NCBI GenBank assembly: GCA_963701855.1 | Contig: CAVPBK010000005.1 | Span: 256,001-320,000, forward strand | Source of the DNA: Nitrospirota bacterium | GTDB lineage: Bacteria; Nitrospirota; Nitrospiria; Nitrospirales; Nitrospiraceae | Length of the DNA: 64,000 nucleotides | Direction: 5' to 3' | Shown: piece by piece, positions 41,054 through 49,853 of the stretch | How positions within the stretch are numbered: the stretch's first letter is position 1 | Layout of the letters: every line of letters starts with the position of its first letter | Made by a program: the position numbers and the translations under genes | The notes under the pieces: generated by a model | The model's input: only the letters and a program-made list of their open reading frames with translations | Databases searched by the model: none | Told to the model about the DNA's origin: nothing

Positions 41054-42121
41054 ATGAACAAAAAGAAGATTTCAATCGTTCTGGCGGTATTCGCAGTGAT
41101 CGTCATTCTGATGATCAAGCTGTGGGATCGACCGACAAGCGGGTCGGCTGTGTTCACAGAATCGGCCGAAGGGCCCATGTTGGTGGATGTTTCACCGGTT
41201 ATGGTCGGCTCGATTACTGAATCAATTCAGGCAGTCGGTACGCTGCAGGCTATTGCCTCGATCATGATTAGGCCGGAAATTGCCGGGATAGTTCGCCGGA
41301 TCCATTTTGCTGATGGGCAATTCGTCGAACGAACAGTTCCTCTCGTCGAAATGGATCCGGAGGAACTTCAGGCACAAGCCAATCAAGCCGCAGCTCAAGA
41401 AAAAATGACGCAAGTCACATACGAACGTCTCAAGCGGCTCGCTGCTCAACAGACGACGATTGTGCCCACTCAGCAAGTCGATGAAGCCAGGTTAGCCCTC
41501 CAAGCCGCCGCCGCCAATACGGTGCTGTATGCCACGCGCTTGAAGAAAACCATCATCCGTGCTCCGTTCAGCGGCACGGTGGGTTTTCGTCGAGTGTCGG
41601 TCGGGGATTACATGCAACCAGGACAGGATATTGTGAATCTCGAAGATCTGAGCACCCTTCACGTGGACTTCAAGGTGCCCGAGGTGTGGCTCAGTCAGCT
41701 CTTCGTGGACCAACGTTTGATCGTCACGACCGATGCGTTTCCCAATGTCTCGTTTGAAGGATGTGTATCGGCGATCGATCCGCGGATCGATTCGGTCAAT
41801 CGAACGGTCGCCGTTCGTGCGGCGGTTCCCAACCCCGAAGGAACACTTCGTCCCGGTCTCTTCGCGACGGTTCGGTTGACGCACGGACAGGATACTCACG
41901 CCCTGCTAATCCCGGAAGAGGCGGTGTTTCTGCAACGGGACAAGGTCATGGTATTTCGCGTGGAGGATCAAACTGCCCGGTTGACGGAGATCGCGGTCGG
42001 CGCGCGCGAACGGGGGATGGTCCAGGTGCGCACCGGTTTGAAGGAAGGCGATCATGTCGTACGTACCGGCACGCATAAGGTGCGCGAAGGTCTCCGGGTT
42101 TCCGTCAAGTCATCTCAGTAA
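41054..42121 (+). CDS. RND efflux periplasmic adaptor subunit
   Basis: IRPEIAGIV, IRAPFSG, LRPGLFA, IPEEAV and GLKEGDHVV motifs. Confidence 0.92.
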   Translation: MNKKKISIVLAVFAVIVILMIKLWDRPTSGSAVFTESAEGPMLVDVSPVMVGSITESIQAVGTLQAIASIMIRPEIAGIVRRIHFADGQFVERTVPLVEMDPEELQAQANQAAAQEKMTQVTYERLKRLAAQQTTIVPTQQVDEARLALQAAAANTVLYATRLKKTIIRAPFSGTVGFRRVSVGDYMQPGQDIVNLEDLSTLHVDFKVPEVWLSQLFVDQRLIVTTDAFPNVSFEGCVSAIDPRIDSVNRTVAVRAAVPNPEGTLRPGLFATVRLTHGQDTHALLIPEEAVFLQRDKVMVFRVEDQTARLTEIAVGARERGMVQVRTGLKEGDHVVRTGTHKVREGLRVSVKSSQ

Positions 42122-42178
42122 GAAAGGCTCACCCGTTCGCATGCTCAGCTTCAACACACATTTCTTCCGGCTATCAGT

Positions 42179-45100
42179 ATGAAGCTGTCAGAGACATCAA
42201 TCCATCGCCCTGTGTTTGCCATCGTACTGACGCTGTTGCTGGTCCTGTTCGGTGGGCTGAGCTTCACGCGTCTTTCCGTGCACGAATATCCCGATATCAA
42301 ACCTCCGATTGTCTCGGTACGCACGGTGTACCTTGGAGCCAGTGCGTCCGTGATCGAAACGGATGTGACCACTCCCATCGAGGATGCGCTCAGCGGGATA
42401 CAGGGGCTGAGAACCATCACGTCTGCGAGTCGGGAAGAAGCCTCATCGGTGACCCTGGAGTTCGATCTGGGTCGTGATTTGGACGGCGCTACAAACGACG
42501 TACGGGATCGAGTCGCATTGACTCGCGCGCTGTTGCCGCTGGGGATTCAAGAGCCCATCGTATCTAAGGCCGCATCGGACAATACCGAAGTGATGTGGAT
42601 GGCGCTGTCCAGCGTCCGTCATTCAGAATTGGAACTTTCGGATGTCGCCGATCGTTTTATCAAAGTCCGCATGGCCATGGTTTCGGGAGTTTCGAGCGCG
42701 TATTTGGACGGGGAACGTCGGTACGCGATGCGAATATGGTTGGACCCCGATCGTCTCGCTGCACGCCGCTTAACCGTCCAGGATGTCGAAGAGGCGATTC
42801 GAAACCAGAATGCTTCGATCCCTGCGGGACGGATCGAAAGCGATCAAATGGAATTCGGCGTATCGCTCAGGGGGACGTTGCATACCCCGGAGCAATTCGA
42901 GCAACTTATCATTGCCACCCGCGAAGGCTATCCCGTTCGGTTACGCGATGTCGCTCGAGTCGAACTCGGAGCTGAAGATTCCCGCAAGCTCGGCCGTCTG
43001 AACGGTACCTCGTCGATCGGCATCGGCGTCTCGAAGCAATCCAAAGCCAATCCCTTGGCCGTCGCCCGCACGCTCAAAGAGCAGCTCCCTGGCATTGCCG
43101 CCGGTTTGCCGGAAGGGATGAACCTGACAATTGCCTGGGATAGTTCGACTCCGATCGAACGGTCGTTGCACGAGGTCTATGTGGCGTTGGGGCTGTCGCT
43201 GGTGCTTGTCGTGGTCGTGATTTTTGGCTTTTTGGGCAACGCCAGGGCCACGCTTGTGCCGGCCGTTGCGATTCCTGCTTCGATCATCGGGACCTTCACG
43301 GTCATGGCCGTCACGGGGTGCTCTCTGAACGTGCTGACGTTACTCGGACTCGTTCTGGCTGTGGGGTTGGTGGTCGATGATGCCATCATCGTGCTTGAAA
43401 ATATCCATCGACGGATTGCCGACGGGATGCCGCCATTGCAGGCGGCTGCCGAAGGCACGAAAGAAATTTCGTTTGCTGTAGTGGCGACGACGATCTCACT
43501 CGTGACCGTGTTCGTCCCGATCACGTTTCTAAGCGGCCTCGTTGGGCGCCTCTTTGCCGAATTGGCCATCGCGGTGGCCTCGGCCGTGCTGCTGTCCGGT
43601 TTTGTCGCGCTGACGCTGACGCCGATGATGTGCGGATACTTGCTTCGTCCTGAAACGAAGCAGTCGACCTGGAACCGGTTGGCTGCGCGAGCGTCGGAGC
43701 GTCTCGCCGCCGTCTATCGGCGCGCACTGGTATGGACCATGGAGGCGAAGGTCATGGTCGTGATCTTGGCCATAGGCGCGAGTCTGGGAAGTTTGGTTGT
43801 CCTGAAACATCTGCCGTCCGAACTGGCCCCGCATGAAGACGCAGGATGGTTCTCAGGGTTTCTCACGGCTCCACAAGGCGCGACCATTCGCTACACCGAC
43901 ACCTATGCCCGAGAGTTGGAATCGTTAATCCAATCCGTTCCGGAGGTCTCGATGCTCTATACGGTTGTGGCGCGAGGAGAGCGCCCTACGATCGTCAATC
44001 GGGCTGCGAGTTGGGTGACGCTACGGGATTGGAATGATCGGACTAGGAGCCAACAGGAGATTGTCGCTGCACTGAATCGAGATCTTGGCAGACTGACCGG
44101 CGTAAAGGCGTATTTGCTGAATCCATCTCCCATCGAAGAATGGTCGGAGAAAACTCCCGTACAGTTCGTGATTGGGGGCTTGGAGTATCAGGAGTTGCAA
44201 AAGGTTGCCGAAGGGTTGCTTGCGAAGCTGGCGGCTCATCCGGGATTTGTAACGCCGGATATGGACTTAGCGCAGAATACTCCGCATGTCGTCGTTGATA
44301 CGCATCGGGAGAAAGCCGCGGACCTTGGGGTATCGGTTGTCACCATCGGGCGTACGCTTCAAACGTTGCTCAGCGGGAGTCCGGTCAACACATTCGCGCG
44401 AAACGGGCGCCAGTATAACGTGATCGTCAAGGTCGACGATCAACGTCGCGAAAAGCCGTCCGACATCAGCGCGCTCTATGTGAGAGGGAAAGAAGGAGTA
44501 TTGGCTCAGCTGAGCAATCTCGTGACCGTGCGGGAGGAGCCCGCGCCCGAATCATTGCATCATGTCGATCGTATGCGCGCGGTGACGATCAGCGCAGGGT
44601 TGACTGAGGGGTTTACCCTCGGGCAAGCGTTAGCCTATCTCGATCAAACGGTTCACGAGATGCTCCTTCCGAACATGCGGACAAGCTACGCGGGAGAATC
44701 GAAAACCTTCGTGGAAAGCAATGCGAATCTGTACATGACCTTCGCACTTGCGCTGGCGGTGATCTTTCTAGTTCTCTCCGCCCAATTCGAAAGTTTCCGG
44801 CATCCCTTCACGATTCTCTTGGCAGTGCCTCCGGCTGTCTCAGGAGCGGTACTCGCGCTGACTATTACTCGAGGCACACTGACGATCTATAGCCAAATCG
44901 GGTTGGTGATCTTGATCGGACTTGCCACGAAGAACGCCATTTTGATCGTGGAGTTTGCCAATCAACTTCGGGATCGAGGCGTGGATCTGGTGGATGCCGT
45001 GATCGAGGCAGCGACATTGCGGCTGCGACCGATTCTCATGACAACCTGCGCCACGATTCTGGGCACCCTTCCGCTTGTGTTCGCGACCGGCGCCGGCGCT

Positions 45101-45241
45101 GCCAGCCGACGACAAATTGGAATCGTGTTGGTTGGGGGGCTGGTCGTTTCGACCCTGGTCACGCTTTTTCTCGTTCCGGCTGCGTATGCGATCCTGTCAA
45201 GCCGTAGAGAGAGACCGAAACTTCCGCAATCATTGAATTAG
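42179..45241 (+). CDS. RND efflux permease (AcrB/AcrD/AcrF family)
   Basis: RPVFA, GLVVDDAIIVLENI, KNAILIVEFA and RLRPILMT motifs. 1020 aa. Confidence 0.95.
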   Translation: MKLSETSIHRPVFAIVLTLLLVLFGGLSFTRLSVHEYPDIKPPIVSVRTVYLGASASVIETDVTTPIEDALSGIQGLRTITSASREEASSVTLEFDLGRDLDGATNDVRDRVALTRALLPLGIQEPIVSKAASDNTEVMWMALSSVRHSELELSDVADRFIKVRMAMVSGVSSAYLDGERRYAMRIWLDPDRLAARRLTVQDVEEAIRNQNASIPAGRIESDQMEFGVSLRGTLHTPEQFEQLIIATREGYPVRLRDVARVELGAEDSRKLGRLNGTSSIGIGVSKQSKANPLAVARTLKEQLPGIAAGLPEGMNLTIAWDSSTPIERSLHEVYVALGLSLVLVVVVIFGFLGNARATLVPAVAIPASIIGTFTVMAVTGCSLNVLTLLGLVLAVGLVVDDAIIVLENIHRRIADGMPPLQAAAEGTKEISFAVVATTISLVTVFVPITFLSGLVGRLFAELAIAVASAVLLSGFVALTLTPMMCGYLLRPETKQSTWNRLAARASERLAAVYRRALVWTMEAKVMVVILAIGASLGSLVVLKHLPSELAPHEDAGWFSGFLTAPQGATIRYTDTYARELESLIQSVPEVSMLYTVVARGERPTIVNRAASWVTLRDWNDRTRSQQEIVAALNRDLGRLTGVKAYLLNPSPIEEWSEKTPVQFVIGGLEYQELQKVAEGLLAKLAAHPGFVTPDMDLAQNTPHVVVDTHREKAADLGVSVVTIGRTLQTLLSGSPVNTFARNGRQYNVIVKVDDQRREKPSDISALYVRGKEGVLAQLSNLVTVREEPAPESLHHVDRMRAVTISAGLTEGFTLGQALAYLDQTVHEMLLPNMRTSYAGESKTFVESNANLYMTFALALAVIFLVLSAQFESFRHPFTILLAVPPAVSGAVLALTITRGTLTIYSQIGLVILIGLATKNAILIVEFANQLRDRGVDLVDAVIEAATLRLRPILMTTCATILGTLPLVFATGAGAASRRQIGIVLVGGLVVSTLVTLFLVPAAYAILSSRRERPKLPQSLN

Positions 45242-45324
45242 CCAAATCGACATCGTGAAGGATACGGACGGAGCTATCGAGCTTCGTCACTTCGGTCAGA
45301 TGTTACGAAAACTCGCATTTGAAT

Positions 45325-45351
45325 GCCCCGCCCGGAAGGGCGGGGTTCTTT
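45325..45351 (+). terminator. Probable intrinsic terminator of the receptor-RND operon
   Basis: GCCCCGCCC/ggaa/GGGCGGGGT followed by TCTTT. Confidence 0.6.
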
Positions 45352-45452
45352 ACTCACCCGCGGTACTTACGAGGCCTCGCGAATCCCCACTTGGTTTTTC
45401 AGTTTCTTCCAGCAATCCGTAAAATAAATAAGTTGTGTGGGCGGTATAGGGC

Positions 45453-45493
45453 TTGCCATGCAAATTATTATATGATATTGTTTCTCAATATCA
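45453..45493 (+). promoter_or_regulatory. Sigma70-type promoter overlapped by a Fur-box-like palindrome
   Basis: TTGCCA(45453)-17-TATTGT(45476). TGATATT-G-TTTCTCA lies within a perfect 8-5-8 inverted repeat, TGATATTG-tttct-CAATATCA. Confidence 0.72.
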
Positions 45494-45533
45494 GACAGTG
45501 CAACGCTCTTCCGAGCGCCGATACATAGCAGCT

Positions 45534-45592
45534 GAGGCCAGAGTCATTCAGGACGGAGCCCAAGGTCATCGCAAGTGGCCGTGGGCTTTTTT
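45534..45592 (+). promoter_or_regulatory. Leader motif copy 3 with intrinsic terminator
   Basis: GAGGCCAGAG...GAGCCCAAGGTCAT/cgcaa/GTGGCCGTGGGCTTTTTT. An extra GAGCGCC sits at 45513-45519. Confidence 0.72.
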
Positions 45593-45686
45593 ATTGGTGC
45601 AGGGACAAGAAGATTCCGGAATCTGTGGGACTGATGCGAGGCAAACGAGATCATCGGATAGACCCAATTCAGGGAGGGCTCAGCGG

Positions 45687-45867
45687 ATGTATATCTGTCT
45701 GTGCAAAGGGATCAAGAAGGATGAGCTCTGTGAAATCGTGGCACGGCATCGGGCTGTCCTCAAGCAGTGAAATCAGCCATGGGGCGGGATGAGTCTTTTG
45801 CGGTCGATGCGAGCAGAAATTGGAATCCATGATTTATCACGTTTCAGCAAGTCTGCTGAACGATTGA
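45687..45867 (+). pseudogene. Bfd-like [2Fe-2S] ferredoxin, frameshifted
   Basis: MYICLCKGI..., then in shifted frames CPQAVKSAMG and CGRCEQKLE. GGAGG RBS. Confidence 0.7.
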
Positions 45868-45908
45868 ATAAGGAGCTGAAGGTGGCTCAACAGATGAAAG
45901 GATGGGCG

Positions 45909-46079
45909 ATGACTGGATCGTGTCGGAAGTGCGGTGGTTTCCTGATCGTGGAGCGAGTGCTCGATTACCATAGCTCGACGGACGGTATGAAATGCATCAA
46001 CTGTGGGTGGCGCCGCCGGGATGTTCAGCCGTCTTTCGGTCCCCCAGATGGCGTGAGGAATCGGGGCGCGCGCAAGTGA
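45909..46079 (+). CDS. Small zinc-ribbon protein (CxxCGG...CxNCG)
   Basis: MTGSCRKCGGFLIVE...GMKCINCGWR with an AGGA RBS. Confidence 0.65.
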   Translation: MTGSCRKCGGFLIVERVLDYHSSTDGMKCINCGWRRRDVQPSFGPPDGVRNRGARK

Positions 46080-46103
46080 CCTTTTCAGCAAAGGAGAACC
46101 GAG

Positions 46104-46613
46104 ATGAAACGAAACGGGATGCACGCATTGGACTTTCATGGTACGGCGCTGGTCGGAGGAGACCTCACCTATTTGAATGGCACGCGTTATATGAATCGGG
46201 TCGTGGCGCTCTGTTTTTTGCCCTACGTCAGCCTTCTTTCGGCCGGCGAGATCGACCGGCATGCTGCGCGCTTCGACAAGGTCGGCGCAACCCTTCTGAT
46301 CGTTAGCTCAAGTGCACGCCCCCTGCATCGATTGTGGATCGGGCATCGGGACAAGCCGAACACGCCGGTTTTAGAGGATCTCTGTTGCCGGCTCCATCGG
46401 TTATTCGGCGTGCCGGGAAGAATGCGGTCGGCACGCTGCCACACATTCATGATCGACCGGAAGGGCATTCTCCGGTTACGTGTCGCGCATGATTTTGTCG
46501 ATCGAGACATGGAGATGCTTCGTAAGATTGTCAGATTAACCGACCTCCGCAGGGCCAACGCGGAGCCCGATCACGAGGTGATTCCGAACAAGGCGGACTA
46601 TGTGTCCGTGTAA
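46104..46613 (+). CDS. Peroxiredoxin/AhpC-fold protein lacking the peroxidatic motif
   Basis: VVALCFLP, D..RLHRLFGV and TFMIDRKGILR resemble AhpC segments. No PxxxTxxC. Confidence 0.6.
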   Translation: MKRNGMHALDFHGTALVGGDLTYLNGTRYMNRVVALCFLPYVSLLSAGEIDRHAARFDKVGATLLIVSSSARPLHRLWIGHRDKPNTPVLEDLCCRLHRLFGVPGRMRSARCHTFMIDRKGILRLRVAHDFVDRDMEMLRKIVRLTDLRRANAEPDHEVIPNKADYVSV

Positions 46614-46661
46614 ATCAAATCATTTGTCAGGGGAATCTATTACATCAAGGAGACGTGAACC

Positions 46662-46880
46662 ATGGAAAATGTTCTATCAAGTGAGATGCAATCGAAGGTG
46701 GCGTTCTGCGGATGCGGGAAGCGCCTCTTTACCTATGGCCCTCTGACGCTACATTTCGACAGAGTCGAGTTTTTGGCGTTTGCGGATTCGGTTGGCCGAC
46801 TTGGGGCACTCGTCAGACAAGCCGCCAAAGATTCGTCAACCGTATCGAGGCATGTTACCAACGCTGCCGGCTGCCACTAG
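46662..46880 (+). CDS. Small hypothetical protein with CGC motif
   Basis: AAGGAG RBS. Sequence VAFCGCGKRLFTYGPLTLHFDRVEF. Confidence 0.55.
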   Translation: MENVLSSEMQSKVAFCGCGKRLFTYGPLTLHFDRVEFLAFADSVGRLGALVRQAAKDSSTVSRHVTNAAGCH

Positions 46881-47068
46881 GCGGGAAGCTGGGTCATGAA
46901 ACTCCGTCACCGTCCGAGCTGTCAGTGGCACAGCCGACTCCAAAATGGAGCCTTCTGGACTTGCGAGTGTGTCGGTATGCGATCACGCAGAAGGTGGTAC
47001 TGATCGACGAGGCCAGGGCCGAAGCCGGTCCGACAACGGCATTCGACGCGTCTTCGTTAAGAGAGACA

Positions 47069-47641
47069 CGTAACGTTAGATGTATGTGGTGCTTTAATCC
47101 GAATCATGGGGAGGCGTAAGCCATGACGAAGATAGTTTGCAAGAAGTGCGGTCAATCAAGATATGTGAAGAGCGGGACCATACGAGGCCACCAGAGATAT
47201 CTGTGCCAGGACTGTGGCTGCCATTTCACGGCGACGGCGGTGCGGGGCAAGCCGCCCGCGATGAAGGCGCTGGCGGTGTTGCTCTACGCAATGGGAAACG
47301 CCAGTCACGAAATGATCGCGCAGCTGCTAGGCGTCAGCCCAGTCGCTGTGTACAAGTGGATATGCAACAAAGCGCAAAAGCTGCCGAAGCCGTCTGCAAG
47401 AGCTTCCGATGGAACGGTGCGCATCGATAAGATGCGGCACTTTGTTGATGGGGGGAAAACAAGGTTTGAGTCTGGAGAGCCTTCAATCCTGTGGGAAGGC
47501 GAACCCTGGCCTGGGAGCTGGGTGGCCGTGATGATGCGTCCTGCCAAAGGCTTCTCGGAAGAAACTGGATCGAAGGAGATCTCTTCCGAGCGGACGACTG
47601 GAAGGGTTTCCGATTCCTCATTTCCGCAAGTCGTGAGTTAG
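47069..47641 (+). mobile_element. IS1-family transposase remnant
   Basis: InsA-like Zn ribbon (CKKC..VKSG..QRYLCQDC) and HTH (VSPVAVYKWI). InsB-like AWELGGRD/ADDWKG in a shifted frame with a stop and 3' truncation. Ends approximate. Confidence 0.8.
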
Positions 47642-47677
47642 GTGTCCCAATAGAATTGAGTCGAAGGTGGTCGATCA

Positions 47678-47901
47678 TGGGGAGCAGCCGGTCTCGAGGC
47701 GATGACGATCTGGCAGTGCTCATCAGCCTGGCCATTGCAGTTGGAATGCTGATAGGAGCAGTGGCGGCGATTTGGCTATGGGGCGCAATGTCGGAAAGTA
47801 TGGAAGCGGTCATATCTCTCCACGCCAACGGGCTGCCGTATCGATCGTCAGGTCACGACATGATGCCTGAGACCATTGAAGAGCTTCGACAAGCCAAGTG
47901 A
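47678..47901 (+). CDS. Small single-TM hypothetical protein
   Basis: Hydrophobic stretch LAVLISLAIAVGMLIGAVAAIWLWG. Confidence 0.35.
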
Positions 47902-47935
47902 CGGTGTTAGATCGTCGGCCTGTACAATCAATCAA

Positions 47936-48080
47936 CCTTCCTCTCGCGCTCGCTTCCGGCGCCGGGGTAGACGGCCTCCGTCAAATCGGAGCGGCCTCAA
48001 ATGGAGGGCGTATCGTCTCGACCTTCGTCTTGTTGTTTCTGGTCCCGGGCGCTATGCGATCTTGTCTGGTCGTAGAGAGA
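47936..48080 (+). pseudogene. Degenerate copy of the 3' end of an RND permease gene
   Basis: LPLALASGAGVDGLRQIG..GGRIVSTFVLLFLVP aligns with the C-terminus of 42179-45241. Confidence 0.75.
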
Positions 48081-48163
48081 TACGAGAATGGCTCGTGCGC
48101 GAAGTGATGCATGGGAGGGGCTGCGCGATGGAGCTAGCAGAAAAAGAATGAATGCTTGAGAGG

Positions 48164-49222
48164 TTATGCAGGACGTGGGGTGATGGCTTCTGCCAGCTCG
48201 CTGAGAAGAGACGCGGTCTCTTCCCAGCCAAGACAGGCATCGGTGATGGAGACGCCGTGGGCCGGCGCTTTTCCCAGCTGCCAAGTCTGCTTGCCGGGAT
48301 TCAGGTTGCTTTCGAGCATGAGTCCCATAATAGAGTGACGGCCGTCGCGGAATTGGCGGAGGACGTCGCGCGCGACCACACCCTGGCGGCGATGATCTTT
48401 ACCGGAATTGTCGTGCGAACAGTCGATCATGATGGGACGGACGATACCCTCACTTGCGACAACAGCTTCCGCGCGAGCTACGTGCTCAGTTTCATAATTG
48501 GTTTTCCCGCCGCCGCCACGCAGGACGATATGCCTGTCGGGGTTCCCGGTTGTCTTGATGATAGAGGTGAGCCCATCGGCGTTGATGCCGAGAAAATGGT
48601 GAGGCTGCTTTGCGGCGACCATCGCATTCCACGCAACTTCAAGGTTGCCCTCTGTGCCGTTCTTGAAGCCGACCGGCATAGACAGCCCGCTGGCCATTTC
48701 ACGATGCGGCTGGCTTTCGGTGGTGCGGGCGCCGATGGCGACCCAACTCCAGAGATCAGCAATGTATTGGGGGGACACCGGGTCCAAGGCTTCAGCTGCG
48801 CAGGGGATCCCTCGTTTGTTGATATTGAGAAGAATCGTTCTCGCGAGTTCCATCCCGGTGGCGATATCGCAGGTACCGTCCAAATGTGGATCGTTGATGA
48901 GTCCCTTCCACCCGACCGTGGTGCGGGGTTTTTCGAAGTAGGTGCGCATGACGATCAGTAGCCGGTCGCGCAACGCATCGGCCACTGGTTTCAGCCGGTC
49001 AGCATACTCATAGGCGGCTTCAGGGTCATGAATTGAACAGGGCCCGACAATCATCAGCAGGCGCTCACGGTCTTGGCCGTGCAGAATGCGGCGAATGGCA
49101 TCCCTGGTTTCAACTACGAGCGCAGCGGTTTGGTCAGTAATCGGCAGTGTTGACTTGACTGCTCGCGGTGAGGGCAGCGGTTTGATTTCAATGACGTGTT
49201 GGTTATCGAGCGGTCTCTGCAT
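48164..49222 (-). CDS. 3-deoxy-7-phosphoheptulonate (DAHP) synthase, class I-alpha
   Basis: VGPCSIHD, YFEKPRTTVGWKG, IGARTTESQ, IDCSH and SITDAC motifs. Confidence 0.96.
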   Translation of the reverse strand: MQRPLDNQHVIEIKPLPSPRAVKSTLPITDQTAALVVETRDAIRRILHGQDRERLLMIVGPCSIHDPEAAYEYADRLKPVADALRDRLLIVMRTYFEKPRTTVGWKGLINDPHLDGTCDIATGMELARTILLNINKRGIPCAAEALDPVSPQYIADLWSWVAIGARTTESQPHREMASGLSMPVGFKNGTEGNLEVAWNAMVAAKQPHHFLGINADGLTSIIKTTGNPDRHIVLRGGGGKTNYETEHVARAEAVVASEGIVRPIMIDCSHDNSGKDHRRQGVVARDVLRQFRDGRHSIMGLMLESNLNPGKQTWQLGKAPAHGVSITDACLGWEETASLLSELAEAITPRPA

Positions 49223-49424
49223 GGTCTTGCCTTTTGCCCGTGAATCGCCTCTGTGGGGTAAGTATAGCTTCGCGGTGGCGATGCGCTCGGATGCGTAAAA
49301 TATAGCGGATATTAAAGGAAATATCCACTGGAGTGGAAGCCGATCGCAGCAAGATGCCTGAATAACGACCTTAAATCCACTGTTTGACAAGTTGCGAACG
49401 CCTATGTTACTTAGCTCGCCCGTA

Positions 49425-49760
49425 ATGACTCTGCATACTTCCATACGACGTCTGCCCTGCGTTCTTCAGGGCACTATAGCGATCGGCCTTGTCCTACTCT
49501 TGCTCGCCATTGCGCCGTTTGCCGTGGCGCAGGATGTCCATCATGAGTTGGCGGCGGCTGACCATCATGATGGGCACGAGCATTCCGATAACGATCTCTG
49601 CCAGTGGTTACAGCATCATACGGCCGGGTTCTTCGATATCGGCGCTCCTCTCTTCACGGCACAGGAACTCGTCGATCTGCTGGAACTTCCAGCGGACTCC
49701 GTTCTGCTTTCCTTCGAACTATCCACGCCCGGCCCTTCTCGCGCTCCCCCCTGCAAGTAA
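49425..49760 (+). CDS. His-rich DUF2946-like leader protein ending in RAPP
   Basis: Signal/TM segment, HHELAAADHHDGHEH, LCQWLQHH and C-terminal GPSRAPPCK. Directly upstream of a TonB-dependent transporter. Confidence 0.75.
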   Translation: MTLHTSIRRLPCVLQGTIAIGLVLLLLAIAPFAVAQDVHHELAAADHHDGHEHSDNDLCQWLQHHTAGFFDIGAPLFTAQELVDLLELPADSVLLSFELSTPGPSRAPPCK

Positions 49761-49853
49761 TCACGGCATTTCGATTCTCACCATCCTGGCACGGTCGTCG
49801 TCGGACTGCCTGCCGGCATGGCGTCTTTTAATACGTGATTGCAGGAGGATTTC

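Noticed and set aside
45325..45351. IS200/IS605 end-like hairpin
   Set aside because: No tnpA/tnpB or partner end nearby; its position after the RND operon fits a plain terminator.
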